From Camelus dromedarius (lineage: Eukaryota): DNA of 64,000 bases. Location of the stretch: the NCBI RefSeq assembly GCF_036321535.1, contig NC_087437.1, positions 80,850,001 to 80,914,000 on the forward strand, read 5' to 3'. The notes beneath the pieces were generated by a model that was given only the letters and a program-made list of their open reading frames with translations, had not been told where the DNA came from and did no database searches. A program made the position numbers and the translations under genes. Below are positions 12,812 through 26,450 of this stretch, piece after piece; position 1 is the stretch's first letter, and each line of letters begins with the position of its first letter.

Positions 12812-15800
12812 GTAAGTATGTTTCTGTGTTTCATGCCTAGAACCAGGCCCTCAGGCTTCTCTCTTTGGTACACTCACCTGCTTACTTTGGCAACTTGAAT
12901 TTCCCAAGCTGTTCCTATTTCAAATATTTTCTTACATCATCCTTGGGATGTTATTCATAGTTGTCAGATCACGGGTCCTAAATATTGATTCGGAAAATTT
13001 AAACCTTCAGCATGGTTAATTAAATGAAGTCCACACATTTGGCATTGCCAGACTCCACATGTGGTAGAAAACTTATTTATGGTTCATATTTATTTGGTGA
13101 TAATTAAGCTATGAGTGCCACTGTGTTGTTCTTTAAAAGTTAGACAGAAATAGTTTTTATAGCCAAGATTATAAATTCATGTATGTAGGTACAGAGTATA
13201 GATTTTTGTCCCAAGGATTGTATTGAAGAAAAAGTTTAGACTCCAAAGCTTATAGAGCAGTGTGTGTATGGAGAGGAGGGAAGGAAGAATGAAACACTGG
13301 CTAGCTGACCAATGAGAGACTCCGAGTCAGGCTGCCTTTTCGCCTGGGCAGAAAACATTCCCATTTGCACAGAAACAGCATGGAATGAATTTTCTTTTTT
13401 GTTCTTATCACTCAACTGCCCTGGGCTCTCCTCTGTCCCCTTCAAACCTCCACTTGCCACATCACCTCTAGGGAAGCATCCAGTAGAATAGAAAGTGGCT
13501 TCCTCAAGTGCAGGTAAAACAACAGCCCCAACAACACTAGAGACTAAACTGTCTACAGTGACTACATTATCTTTTATTATCACACAGACACAGAATGGAG
13601 GCTGCCTTAATCCACATTCCCCGCTTCCTTCTACTCCTTGAGGCTTCTTTTCTGTCTCATGGGGCAGAAGATAAATTGTTGATTAATTTGAAATACTTGT
13701 TTCTTGGCTTTAATGCAGGAGTGGAAATTTAGAAAGCCTGCCCCAAATTGGCTTAACAATTAATTTGTGCAGCCATTACTTCTACTCAGTTATAGAGCAA
13801 CTCAGTTTTGAAATGTGGAGTCACTGAAAATACTCTTTTCACTAAGTTCCATGTTGGAGAAAGATGGTTAGAGGGGGACTGACCTCAGAGATTACATTCA
13901 TTTGGTGTTTATTTGTTCATTCACTCAAATATATTTATTTTGTGCTTTTCATGTGCCAAGTGCTGAGGAAACTAAGACAAATAAGGTGTGGCCTTGCCTA
14001 CAAGAAGTTTCCAGTCTGGTTGTGGTAGACAGACCTCTACACAAATAATGTGGTGCTGTCATAGAAGTTCATTCAGGGTGTGGTGGCAAGGAGTGGTGAT
14101 TCACAGTGAACATGGCACCTTTAGTCTCCGGTCTTCTAATCGCATTCTACTCAGGGCCTCTCTAATAACCACAATATTGTGATGATGTTTTAGAATGATG
14201 TTGGATAGACAAGGATTTCTGTATAAGCCGGGGTTGCAACCTGGAGACTAGCCATCTGGATCCAGCTAGAGGCCTGTGCTTTGGAGTCAAATTTTTTAAA
14301 AAGCCAATATTTAAAAATTAGGAGATTTTTGCATAAAAATGCAGGTTTCCAACTTCTTTGGAAAACCAGGAGATCTGGTATCATTAAGTTTACATTTCCC
14401 ATTGCAAAAAGTGTCTAGAGCTTGGCTGAAAGAGGCCACACCCTTAATGATACCAAGCACTGACTAATTGGACTCATTGTCCATTTATATTGCCTGTTTT
14501 GTGGTTCTATTGGCATTTAAGCCAACTCCTTACTTTTCTGAATTTGAGGAGATATTGGAATGTTAATGGGTGATAATAAGGCATGAAAAAAAAGAATGAT
14601 TAGTTAGAAGTGTCTGGTTCTTGCTTCTCCCCCATTTCCCCCTCTGTTCTTTAGTGGAAGTGAGATTTTTTTTTAACTAGATTTGATTTTTAGCAATTAT
14701 TTTAGAGGTAAGAATGTTGGGATATTGGATTTGACACCTTTTGGCATCCTGATTTGGAAAATCACTTGTTGCACAGTAAGCTTCCTATAGCACTAGTAAG
14801 CTTTTCAGTTGGCATTAGCAGAAGTGAAACTGGCCAAGGTAATATTAAACCTGTTAATATACTACATTGAACTAAAAGAAGAATTCATAAGTTGAATTTG
14901 TTACCATGGGAACATCTATTCATATAAAAATAAATGAAGTGTTATTCCTGGCATGGATGTGTTCACCTTTTAAGATATATGAGAAAGCTTCATTGCTGTG
15001 CCATTGTTTTAGGGGGTACTTGTTTGGAAGATTTGGTCTTCCTTCATTTAAAAATTGATGTTGTTTACTTGCACATTTTATGTTGCTTACTTGTGACTTG
15101 ACTTATTAAGGATAGAATGTTTTGTTTTAATTTTTATGTAATGAAAAGGAATTCAGCTTATAGATATATTGAAGTCATTTATTTCTTGAGGATTTCTTTT
15201 TCATTGAGGATTCAGCTGCTTTCTGATGTGTGTCTGGTCATAGGATCTGTCTGGTAAAACTCAGTTTCTTAAGTGTATGTCAAAGGGCTTAAGCCATCTC
15301 TCCTGGAAGTCTGAAAAAATGCGCACTTAGAATTTACAAGGATGCAAATATATCTGACTCAACTGGAAGCACAAGTGACTCTAACACATCTCTAGAAGTG
15401 GTTTTAAATAAGTAAGAGAAAAACAAGTGAATTCCCTGGTATGGTATGACCTGTCATCATCATAACTGCTATTCTGAGGAACAGTACTTGGTGTCGAGCA
15501 GATGGCCTTCTTACTTTTCACTGAATGTATATATGTAGTTTTAGATAATAGAAAAAAATGAGACAGGAAGAAACTTTTCCTTACATACAGACAGCCTTCA
15601 TATTCAACATAGCAGACATTTAAAGAATAGAAAATGGTCCCGCCTCCTCTCTCTCCTTTGTGTTCAGCTGGGTCTTTTAGATCTGCGCACATACGCTAAC
15701 CTGAATGAGAATAGGCTGCCAAGTCGGCCAGCTCCAGTTTCTCCTCTGGGAATCCTTTTGCCATGTGGGTATATACACTTGTATATCTCCTTCAATGAGT

Positions 15801-16140
15801 AGTCTGGTATAGTGGACAGAGCACTGGGATGGTTCCATGAACCTCAGTTCTTTATCTTTAATAGGCAAGGTTGGACTAAATATTCTTAAGAGCCTTTCTA
15901 GTTATAAAATTTGATTTGTTTGTTATGTTCACACATACGTGTATGCTCAGCCCTGCTTCCTAAGATAAGATTTTTATAAACCTAAAGATGGCCTTATAAA
16001 TCACCCAAGCCTTTGGCAAAACAAAAGCTGGTATTTTTACTTAATTTTTTTTTTTTTTTTTACTTCTACATTCTTGACTTCAATTTATTGTCTTTTCATT
16101 TATGTGGAATTGAACTCTTGCTCTCTCCATCTGGTTCATT

Positions 16141-19100
16141 CTTTTTATTCCTCCCAGCTTTACTGAGATATAATTGACATACAGTGTTGTATAAATTTAA
16201 GGTGTACAATATGATGATTTGATACACTTATATATTATGAAATACTTATCACAGTACAGTTAGTTAATACCTCCATCACTTCACATAATTACCTTTTTTG
16301 GGGGCGGGGGGTGATAAGAACATTTAAGATAAACTCTTCAGGCAGCTTTCAAGTATGTAACACAGTAAACTATAGTTACCATGTTGTACATTAGATACCC
16401 AGAACTTATTCAGCTTGTAACTGCAAGTTTGTACCCTTTGACTGACATCTCTCCATCTCCCCAACCCCAGCCCCTGGAAAACCCCATTCTGCGATTTTTT
16501 TTTTATGAGTTTGGCTTTTTCACATTCTACATATAAGTGATATCATGCAGTTTTTGTCTTTTTCTTCTGCTTTATTGCACTTTAGCGTTATGCCCTCAAG
16601 GTCCATCCACATTGTCACAAAGGGCAGGATTTCTTTTTCATGGCTGAATAATATCCCATTGTGTGTACATAGCACATCTTCTTTAGCCATTCATCTGTTG
16701 ATGGACACTTAGGTTATTTCCATATCATGGCTATTGTGAATAATGCTGCTGTGAACATGAAAGTGCAAGTATCTGTTTCACTTACTGATTTAATTTCCTC
16801 TATCCATATATCCAGAACTGGGATTGCTGGATCATGTGTTAATTCCATTTTTATAAAGGGAGGTAGTTAGGTTTATTTATTATTATTATTTATTTAATGG
16901 AGATACTAGGGATCAAACCCATGACCTCGTGCATGCTAATCATGTGCTCTTCCACTAAGCTATAGCCTCCCCTCTGTGGTAATTCTATTTTTAATTTTTT
17001 GAGGAACCTCAGTACTGTTTTCGACAATGGCTATAACTATTTACATTCCCATCAACAGGGCACATGGGTTCTCTTTTCCCCACACCCTTACCAACACTTT
17101 TCTCTTGTCTTTTTGAGAATAGCCATTCTAACAGATGTTAGGTGGAACTTTATTGTGGTTTTGATTTGCATTTCCCTGGTGATGTTGGGCATTTTTTCAT
17201 GTATCTATTGGCAATTTGAAATCTTCTTTGGAAAAACGTTTATTCAGGTTCTTTGCCCATTTTTAAATGTCTTTGGTTGTTTTGTTTTTGCTGCTGAGTT
17301 GTGTGAGTACCTGATATATTTTGGCTGTTAACCCCTTATCAAATATATGATTTATAAATATTTTTTCCTATTACATAGGTTTCATTTTGTTAATTGTTTT
17401 CTTTTGCTAGGCAAACCTTTTTTAGTTTGATGTAGTCTCACTCATTGATTTTTGTTTTTGTTGCTTGTGCTTTTGGTGTCATTTCCAAAAAAACATTTTA
17501 AGACCAATGTCAGGGAGCTTTTTCTCTGTGTTTTTTCCTACATAAGATCTTAGGTTTAGGTCTTTAATTCATTTTGAGTTGATTTTTATGTATAGCAGAG
17601 GTAGAGGTCCAGTTTCTCTCTTTCTTTCTTTCTTTTTTTTTTTCCTGTAGCTGTCCAATTTTCCCAGTGCCATTTATTGAAGACACTATTCTTTCCCCAT
17701 TGAGTCTTGGCTCCCTTGTCAAATATTAGTTGACTATATCTGCTAGAGTGTATTTCTAGGCTCTGGATTCTGTTCCATTTGTCTATGTGTCTATTTTTAT
17801 GCCAGAACTGATTTATTTACTGTCAATTTGTAATATAGTTGGAAATCAGAAAGTGTGATGCCTCTAGTTTTGTTCTTCTGTCTCAGGATTGCTTTGGCTA
17901 TTTGGGGTCTTTTGTGGATCCATACAGATTTTAGTATTGTTTGTTCTGTTTCTGTGAGAAATGCCATTGGAATGTTGATAGGGATTGCATTGAATCTATA
18001 GATTGCTTTTGACATTTTAACAATATTAATTCTTGCAATCCTTGAGCATGGAATATCTTTCCATTTATTTGTATCTCTTTTTATTTCTTTCATCACTGTC
18101 TTATAGTTTTCAGTGAATAGAGTTTTTACCTCCTTGGTTAAATTTATTCCTAGGTATATTACTCTTTTTGTTGAACTTGTAAATGGGATTGTTTTTATAA
18201 TTTCTCTTTCAGATAGTTTGCTATTAGTGTATAGAAACACAACTGACTTTTGTATATTGATTTTGTATCCTGCAGCTTTACTGAACTTGTTTTAGATTAG
18301 TTACAATATTTTTTTTGTTCCAGTCTTTTGAGTTTTTTATATATAAGATTATGTCGTCTACAAATAGTGACAACTTTACTTCTTCTTTTCCCATTTTGGT
18401 GCCTTTTGTTTCCTTTTCTTGCCTAACTGCTCTGACCAGGACTTTTAGTACTATGCTGAATAGGAGTGGTAAGAGCAGGCACCCTGTTCTTGTTCCTGAT
18501 CATAGAGGAAAAGTTTTTAACTCTTCACTGTTGAGTATGAGGTTAGCTATGGACTTGTCATATCTGACCTTTGTTTTATTGAGGTACATTCCCTCTATAT
18601 CCAGTTTGTTAAGAGTTTTTTTTTTTTTATCATGAAAGGGTATTGTATTTTGTCAAATGCTTCTGCATCTATTGAGATGATTGCATAGTTTTTACCCTTC
18701 ATTCTTTTGATATGGTGCATCACATTTATTGATTTGTTTATGTTGAACTATCCTTGCAGAGGTAAATCCCATTTGATCATGGTATATAATCCTTCTAATG
18801 TGCTGTTAAATTCAGTTTGCTAATATTTTGTTGGAAAATTTTGTATGTATTTTCATCAGGGATATCTATAGTTTTCTTGTAGTATTCTTGTCCGCTGTTG
18901 GTATTAGGTAATGCTGGCCTCTTAAAATGAGTTGAGAGTGTTCCCTCCTCTTCAGTTTCTTGGCAGAGTTTGAGAAAGATTAGCATTAATTCTTCCTCAA
19001 ATGTTTGGAAGAATTCATCAGTAAAACCTTCTGGTCATGGCTTTTCATTGTAGGGAGGTTCTGATTACTGAGGTCTGTTTAGCTTTTCTGTTGCTTCATG

Positions 19101-20900
19101 ATTCAGTCTTGGAGCTCTACTTGCTTCCCTTCTCTTTACCTTTTGTGTATCTACTGTAGGTTTTGTCTTTGTGGCTACCATCAGACTTACATGTATTATA
19201 CACGTAACAGTCTATTTTATGCTCACTACATAACTTTGATGGCAAATGAAAAGTTTACCCTTTTACTCCTTCTCTTTTATGTTTTTGATGTCACAATTGA
19301 CCTCTTTTTTATTGTATGTTCATTAACAAATTATTGTGGCTATAGTTATTTTTAATACTTTTGTTTTAACCTTTTTACTAGAATTAAGTGGTTAACACAC
19401 AATATTACACATAATATTACAGTATTTGAATATATACTTACCTTTAGCAGTGTGTTACATATTTTCATATGTTTTCATGGTACAAATTAGTGTCCTTTCA
19501 TTTTGGTTTGAAGAACTTTTAATATTTCTTGTAAGGCTGGTCTAGTGGTGATGAAATACCTCAGATTTTGTCAGAGAAGATTTTTATCTTGCCTTCATTT
19601 CTGAAGGACAGCTTTGCTGGATAAAGTATTCTTGGTTGGCAGGTTTTTTTCTTTCAGCACTTTGAATCTATCATCCCTCTCTCTCCTGGCCTGTTAGGTT
19701 CCTGCTGAGAAATCCACTGATAGCATGATGTGGGTTCCCTTGATGTAAGTTACAAACTTCTTTTCTCTTGGTGCTTTTAAGATTCTCTCTTTGTATTTAA
19801 TTTTGACAGTTTTATTATAATATGTCTTGGAGAAGATCTTTTGAAGTTGAATTTGCTTGGGGTCCAATGAGCTTTGTGAACTTGGATGGTCAAATCTCTC
19901 CCTAAACCTAGGAATAAACTTAACCAAGGAAGAAAAACAAAACAAAATTAAAAAAAAAAAAAAAGCCCCAAAGCTAAATCTCTCTCTTCAGATTTGGAAA
20001 GTTCTCAGTCATTATTTCTTTAAATTAGCTTTCTACTCCCTCCTCCTTCTCTTCTCCTTCTGGAACACCACTGATTCACAGATTGTTTCTTTTGATGGTA
20101 TCCCATAGTTCATGCTTTCTTCATTCTTTTTTATTCTCTTCTGACCAGACAACTGTCAGCAGTCCTGTCTTCTACTTCACAGATTCTTTCTTCTGCTCGA
20201 TATATCCCATTGTTTATGCTCTCTTTTGCATTCTCCATTTCATTTATTGTATTCTTCAGCTCCAGGATTTTTGTTTGGCTCTTTCTGTGTGTGTATGTGT
20301 GTGATTTCTATCTCTTTGTTAAATTTCTTATTTTGTTTATGTTTTGATTTCTGATTTCATTGAACTGTCTTTCTGGTTTTTTATTGTAGCTCATTGATCT
20401 TCCTTAAAACAGCTATTTTGACTTTGCCAGGTAAATTGTAGACCTTCATGTCTTTGGGGTCAGTTACTGGAAGATTATTGTGATCCTTTGACGATATCAT
20501 GTTCTTTGACATTTCATGTTCCTTAAAGTCTTTTGTTGTATTCACATTTGAAGTAGAAGTCATTTCCTCCAATCTTTACTGACTGACTTTAGGAGAGAAA
20601 TATCTTCCATCAGCCCTGCTGGGATTCTGAGTTTTTCTCAGCCTCCTCTTGACACACGTTTTTCACACTTCTTGCTGCCTCAAGTGGCAAAGTCCTAAGC
20701 TTATATGCCTTCTCTTGATCCTGCAATGCACCAGACAGCTATCTTTTGGCTATTCCAAGGACAATACAGAAGCTCAAGTTGTAGTCTCTCTCTGGCCTAT
20801 AGATTCAGGCCAGCTTTCTGTGCCTGCTCACTAATTGTCTGTCAAAGTTCCCTGTCTTTGCCAAAGGGAGTGTGCACAAGGAGCTAACTGTGAGGTGGAA
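16141..20900 (-). mobile_element. Old degenerate L1 (3' UTR, ORF2 C-terminal/RT part, ORF1), with much of 5' ORF2 missing
   Basis: ORF2-like peptides at 17797..18240 ([28 protein letters not shown]). ORF1-like peptides at 19694..19945 (ERILKAPREK) and 20381..20572. Many stops and frameshifts. Junction near 19110. Outer boundaries approximate. Confidence 0.88.
16854..16974 (-). mobile_element. tRNA-derived SINE nested in an older L1
   Basis: Reverse complement of the same SINE head. TSD tgtg(t/g)taattc(c/t)attttta at 16835-16853 and 16975-16993. Confidence 0.88.
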
Positions 20901-21069
20901 GAGGTGTGTGTGGGGGTGCTCAGATGTGTTTTACTTCTATTCCTTTTTTTGACCAAAGCCACATTACCAAAAATATTTACTAGTATTGTACTATCCACTT
21001 TTCATCATTTCCCTCTTTATTTTCTAGATTAGAATGTATCCTCTACTGAGGAGTTTTTGTAAGTACCAT

Positions 21070-21190
21070 ATCTAGGTTCTACCCTCAGACCAGTTAAGTT
21101 AGAATCTCTGGGGTGTGGGGCCCGGGCATTGGTGTTGTTAAAAAGCTTGCATGTGATTTTAATGCTACTTAGATTAGAGAATGATTGCTC
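21070..21190. mobile_element. MER5-like hAT relic
   Basis: agaatctctggggtg...ggcattggtgttgttaaaaagct...gtgattttaatgc resembles MER5A/B. Confidence 0.55.
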
Positions 21191-22078
21191 TTTTGTATTT
21201 CCCTTTTTCAGTTTTTAGAAATATTTTATGAATTCCTTCTTTGCATATGACACTTCTTATTTTTTGTTATTCAACATAGATTGGAATATATAAACTCCTG
21301 TCCATGTCATGGCCAGTTTTACCTATTAACGTCATCACTAAACTTTTTAACACAGACTAATCTCATTGTAGGATTAAAGAATTAGCATGTTCAAGGATAG
21401 TGTTTCTGTCTACTTTTCTATTCCTGAAGCTACATTTTAAGATATGACTAGTACTATGTTATTAAAAAGTCACTGGAAAAAGAAAATTGTATTTTGTAAG
21501 TGTGATACAATTCACAGATGTTGCTATTTGTTTGAGGTAATGAGACCACATTTTGATGTGGTGCCATTTCTTATCAAAATAAAAGACCTTGATCAAATCA
21601 TTATCTTTCAGAATGATGAATAAAATCACGAATTGTTCTTCCTGTTGTGGGCAATGTGCTTAGGCCCTTGACAACAAATAATAGATATTAGTAACTTCTG
21701 TGTGTTTGAAGTATTTAAGCTAATAAGATAGAGGGAAGAGAACTATCTAAAGCAAGAGAAACAGCATCTTCTCCCATAAACTCACTTTTTTTTTTTTTGT
21801 GGTCTTTTGAATATGTTATCTCATCTATTCTTACTTTCCAGGTAAGATTCAAGAGATACATGATTTTTCTCTAGATTTTCCAACTAGTAAGTGGTTGAAT
21901 TGGGATTTAATTCTAGATCTGTTTGGTTCTAGAGCCCTATCTCCCTCTCCTTCCCCAATATTACATTGCCTTTTGTCCCTAGAAAATCTGGGAATGTAGA
22001 TAGATAGGTGGTGTTTGAAATTATTTTTATGTGTTTCTTTTATCTGTGATATGATTCAGCCTCTTTTTGCCCCTCCAG

Positions 22079-22382
22079 GATAATACCCCTCAAGCTGAAT
22101 GGCCCTCAGCAGATGAATCCACCACAAGCAGTATTTCACCACTTGATTTCAGCTCTGGTCCTCCTTCAGCCACTGGCAGGGAACTCTGGTCAGAAAGCCC
22201 TTTGGGTGATTTAGTGTCTACACCCAAATTAGCCTTTCCCTCGAAGGTGAGCCTCAGTTCTTCCCCAGAGGTTTTAGACGTTAGCAGCTTGACTCTTCAT
22301 TCTGTCACCCCAGCAGTGCTTCACACTGGCTTGCCGATGGCTTCTGAAGAAAGGACTTCCGGATTTCACCCATTAGAAGATG
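22079..22382 (+). CDS. IMPG2: IMPG2 coding exon (approx. exon 12), Ser/Thr/Pro-rich mucin-like region: [14 protein letters not shown]...HPLED
   Basis: Lies within ORF 22067..22396. Acceptor ccctccag, donor gtaaag at 22383. 304 nt, phase 0 to 1. Confidence 0.95.
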
Positions 22383-23381
22383 GTAAAGAATTTTAATCAC
22401 TTTTCATACTTCCTTATTGTATCAGATGAGAAGAGTTTTGAAGAGAGCAGGAGACTGGAGTCAGTTAGAAAGCATGATAACATTCATTAGGAGGACACAT
22501 CTTGGGAATGTTGTGTGAGAAAGGGAACAGTCAGCTTTACTTGGTTGGAACGGAGAGTCCAAATAGGTAAATAATAAGAAATGAACTTGTGGGCTGAAGT
22601 GATTTCATCAGATAGATATTTTGAAGGTCCTATTAAAGAATGTATCACTTAATTATATTACTATTTAAGAACTGCTTTACTTACTTGAATATTTGAGTGG
22701 TAAACAAACAGCCTCAAAGAAGATTATTCCATTATCTTTTAATAGGATTAACTGGGGGCAAGTACATAGAGATTTTTCGCTGGCATTAGGCTTGAGAAGG
22801 GAAGAATCTAAACTAGAGCAGCTACAGCAGAGATTACGGAAGTCAAGCAGATGATTTAGCTGATATGGAGGAAAGGGACAATCAATGTGACTCAGGGATG
22901 GAGTATACACGTGAAAGAGGAAGATGAACAAAGATATAAATAGTGAGTCCAGGAGTTTGAACATTGGGTGAACCTGAAGGATGATGGACAATAAACAGCA
23001 AGAAACTGAGAATTCAGAGACCAACAAAATTTCCTAGGGAATTTTCTTCCTGGGTTTTTACTAGATTCAGTCTTTGTGTCAATATGGCTACCAGCATTTC
23101 TTGATTTTCATGGAATAAAAAAAAAATCGTGTTGAAGATTAATTATTTCAAAGCCTGATGTCTTGTTATCCTCAGGGAAGGGAGTTATAATCATGAATGA
23201 TTGTACCACATCACAAAAATATAATCATGCCTTCTTGTTGTTTACTGGATATAGCAAAGCAAAAGTTGGCAACTGTCCTTTGTAATCTAGTGGGAAAAAA
23301 CAGGTGGTTGGTTTCATTAGTAAGACTTGGAATGTATTTTGGCATCTTTGTGAATTAATTAATGGAAAACTCTATTTTTAG

Positions 23382-24685
23382 GATTAACTAAAGTTGAAGG
23401 ATCAGAAGATTTTCTTTCTATTGATCCATTGCCTTCAAGTTCATTCACTCATTCAGTGCCACAAGAAACAATACCATCCATGGAAGACTCTGGGGTGTCT
23501 TTGACACCCTCACCATATCCAGTCTCCTCTGTCACATTAGATCTTCTTGCTAAAGAAATAACTATGCCTTTTGGCTTGGAGTCTTTGACCTCCAAAGTCA
23601 AAGGCCAATTAGAAATGAGCTCTTGGGTGCCACACATACCTATGGAAAAAGAGTTCATATTTGAGAGTGGTTTAGGTTCAGGGTCTGGGCAAAAGGTGAG
23701 TCTGATTACTTGGCCATGGAGTGAGACTTCATTAGAGAAGAGCACGGAATCATTGTCTGAGTCATGGCTTGAAGCTGAAGATTCAGAGGATTCCCTTTTG
23801 TCAACTGAGGATGTAGGTGAGAAACTAGTTATAGATGACAAAAAAGATGCCACAGATCAAAGTATTGAGCATTCAAAATATGGGTATTTTGATAGATCCA
23901 CAAACTTTGCAGAGGAAGAGCCCCTTGGTGGACCTACTGTGCCCATCTTTGCAGAGATCACAACTCAATCTGCATCTCTAATTCTATCCAAGCACACATC
24001 AGAGGTACCTGACATTGATTATTACTCAGTTACCAAATCACCTCCTCTGCTGACATCTATAGCAATCTCTGCTTCTCCTGATAAACCAGATCAGGTAGAA
24101 CCTGTTCTAAAGGAGGACATGGAACAAAGTACAGAGTCATCCAGCCAGGACTGGTTTGACAGCAAAACTTCAGCAGGGAAGCCAGATGTGCAACCTTTGT
24201 GGACCATATTGCCAGAATCAGATGTAGTCTGGGCAAGAACTTCTTCCCTAGGGAAATTGTCCAGAGACACACTGGCAAGTACGCCGCAGAGTACTGACAA
24301 GCTCTGGTTGAAAGCTTCTATGACACAATCTACCAGATTGCCTCCAACCACAAGCTCCACCCTGCTGGAGGATGAAGTAATTATGGGCGTACAGGATATT
24401 TCACTGGAACTGGACCAGATAGGCACAGATTACTATCAGCCTGAGCTAATCCCAGAGGAAAATGGCAAGGTTGGTAGTTATGTGGAAATGTCTGCAGATA
24501 TTCACTCCACAGAGTCGGCTATTGTGGCTCAGGCCACAAAAAGCGATGACTTGATTTATACCCAAACCACAGGACCTTTGGTGGTATTCTTCAGCCTCAG
24601 AGTGACTAACATGATGTTCTCAGAAGATCTGTTTAATAAAAACTCTTTGGAGTATAAAGCGCTGGAGCAAAGGTTCTTAGAACTG
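23382..24685 (+). CDS. IMPG2: IMPG2 large coding exon (approx. exon 13): mucin/GAG region (GLGSGSG) and start of SEA-2 ([36 protein letters not shown])
   Basis: Overlaps ORF 23429..24733. Acceptor ctatttttag, donor gtaagc at 24686. 1304 nt, phase 1 to 0. Confidence 0.97.
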
Positions 24686-25305
24686 GTAAGCATAAGAAGT
24701 GAGACATGGGCGTTAGTGAATAATTGTGTATGAACCACTCCTCTTTCCCTCAGCATGTAAGATCTGAGTCAAGGGGAGTGTGGTCTGCTGTGGATTTTCA
24801 TTTCCTATCATCGTATGAATAGTGTAATAGCTAAGGGTTGGTAGCAAAACAATAAGACAGGTGGATACAAGAAATGGAAAACACAAATGTGGCATGAGGG
24901 TGATGTGACAATTTAGATACTGGAGATTGTATTCTGTGATTTCTGGGACTGAAACAAGTTTAAGATTTCTTTTCACATTTTATTGTGAAACCTATGTTTT
25001 GTGGATCTCACAATATAACGCCTATAATGCCTGCACTGTTGCAACCCTTAGGTAAAACAGAGAGAATAAACTCACTGGTGTCTAAAACTGTCCAGAATTT
25101 CCGTGGGTTTCCTAAATGGCATTGAAAATCTGATGACTCTCAAACAACTCACCATCCATAGTTTTCTGGGTGAACAATTTAAATAATATATATAGAATAC
25201 AATTTAGAAAAGTAGAGGGGTTCATCCTTGTTTATTTGTTTATGGTAGGTATTGAAAAAAATGCAAAACCTTGTCAATAAACTGACCACTTTTCATGTCT
25301 TGTAG

Positions 25306-25525
25306 TTGGTTCCCTATCTCCAGTCAAATCTCACTGGGTTCCAGAATTTAGAAATCCTGAACTTCCGAAATGGTAGTATTGTGGTAAACAGCCGAATGAA
25401 GTTCGCCAAGTTTGTCCTTCCCAATGTCACCAATGCTGTATACGTGATTCTGGAAGACTTTTGCACCACTGCCTACCAAACCATGAACTTGGCTATTGAC
25501 AAGTACTCCCTTGATGTGGAATCAG
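25306..25525 (+). CDS. IMPG2: IMPG2 coding exon (approx. exon 14), SEA-2 containing the FRNGSIVV autoproteolysis-type motif
   Basis: ORF 25306..25548. Acceptor tgtcttgtag, donor gtaatg at 25526. 220 nt, phase 0 to 1. Confidence 0.97.
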
Positions 25526-25929
25526 GTAATGATATTGAATATCGGTGATATTGAAAATTGAATACTGGTGGTTTCTTAGTGGAATCTAGTTATTATTCTT
25601 GTGTATTTTCTTCTACACTGAGTCAAGGTGAATTTAATACTTACAGGTAAAAGAGTACCATGTCAGGAAAATTTTCCACATCTTGGTAATTAGTGAAATA
25701 ACTCTACCAAGGACATCAATATCATTCTCTTTTCAAATGGGTTGTTACTTGTTTCTTTTTCTTGTTTACTTTCCATTCCTTTTTCACCTGCTCTACCTGG
25801 CTCTCTTTTACTTATCCATAGGATCTGTTGTTGCTACATCTCTGTGTGGCCAAGCCAGTTGATTTGGGCTCTCTTCCTTTCTGTGTTATTTTCCTAAGTT
25901 GTTTTTATCTATTTCCATTATTGTAAGTC

Positions 25930-26450
25930 GAATGTAAATGTCAGTAACTCTCTACATTTTTATGTGCAGATCAGACTTACCTTCTGAGCTCCAGAATCAG
26001 TATCTTCCTATGTACTTGATGATCTCAACTTGGAGATGTCCTGTGCATATCAAGCTTAAGATGTCTAAGAGCGACCTCTTGTTTTCCGTATCTCCCTAGC
26101 TTCCAACTAAACCCACGTAAAGCCTTTGCACGTACTGTCTTCTTTGCCTGAAACTCTTTTTCCTCCTGGCTGACTTTCGCTTATCCTTCATGCCTCAATT
26201 CAAATGTCTCTTCCTCAAGACGTTCACTGACTCATCCATAGTCAAGATTGGTTCTTTTCCCTCTGTAATGTTTATAACTATTAGGATAATGCTAATTTAT
26301 GCACGTAGTTGCTTCATAGCTATTTCCCCCAGTTGCACTGTCCACAAGGACTGAGACTGTGTCTGTTTTTATTAACCACTTTGTAGCCAAAACCTAGCGT
26401 AGTGTCTTGCATACAGAAGGCACTCAGAAATACTGTGACTGAATGAAACA
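25930..26450 (+). mobile_element. L2 LINE 3' relic
   Basis: gcctttgcac...cctagcgtagtgtcttgcatacagaaggcactcagaaatactgtgactgaatgaa is the typical L2 3' end. Confidence 0.65.

Noticed and set aside
17797..18240. Functional reverse transcriptase gene
   Set aside because: It is a fragment of a decayed L1 ORF2 surrounded by stops and frameshifts.
23449..24426. Antisense ORFs of 134, 73 and 111 aa
   Set aside because: They are shadow frames of the large coding exon with no independent signals.
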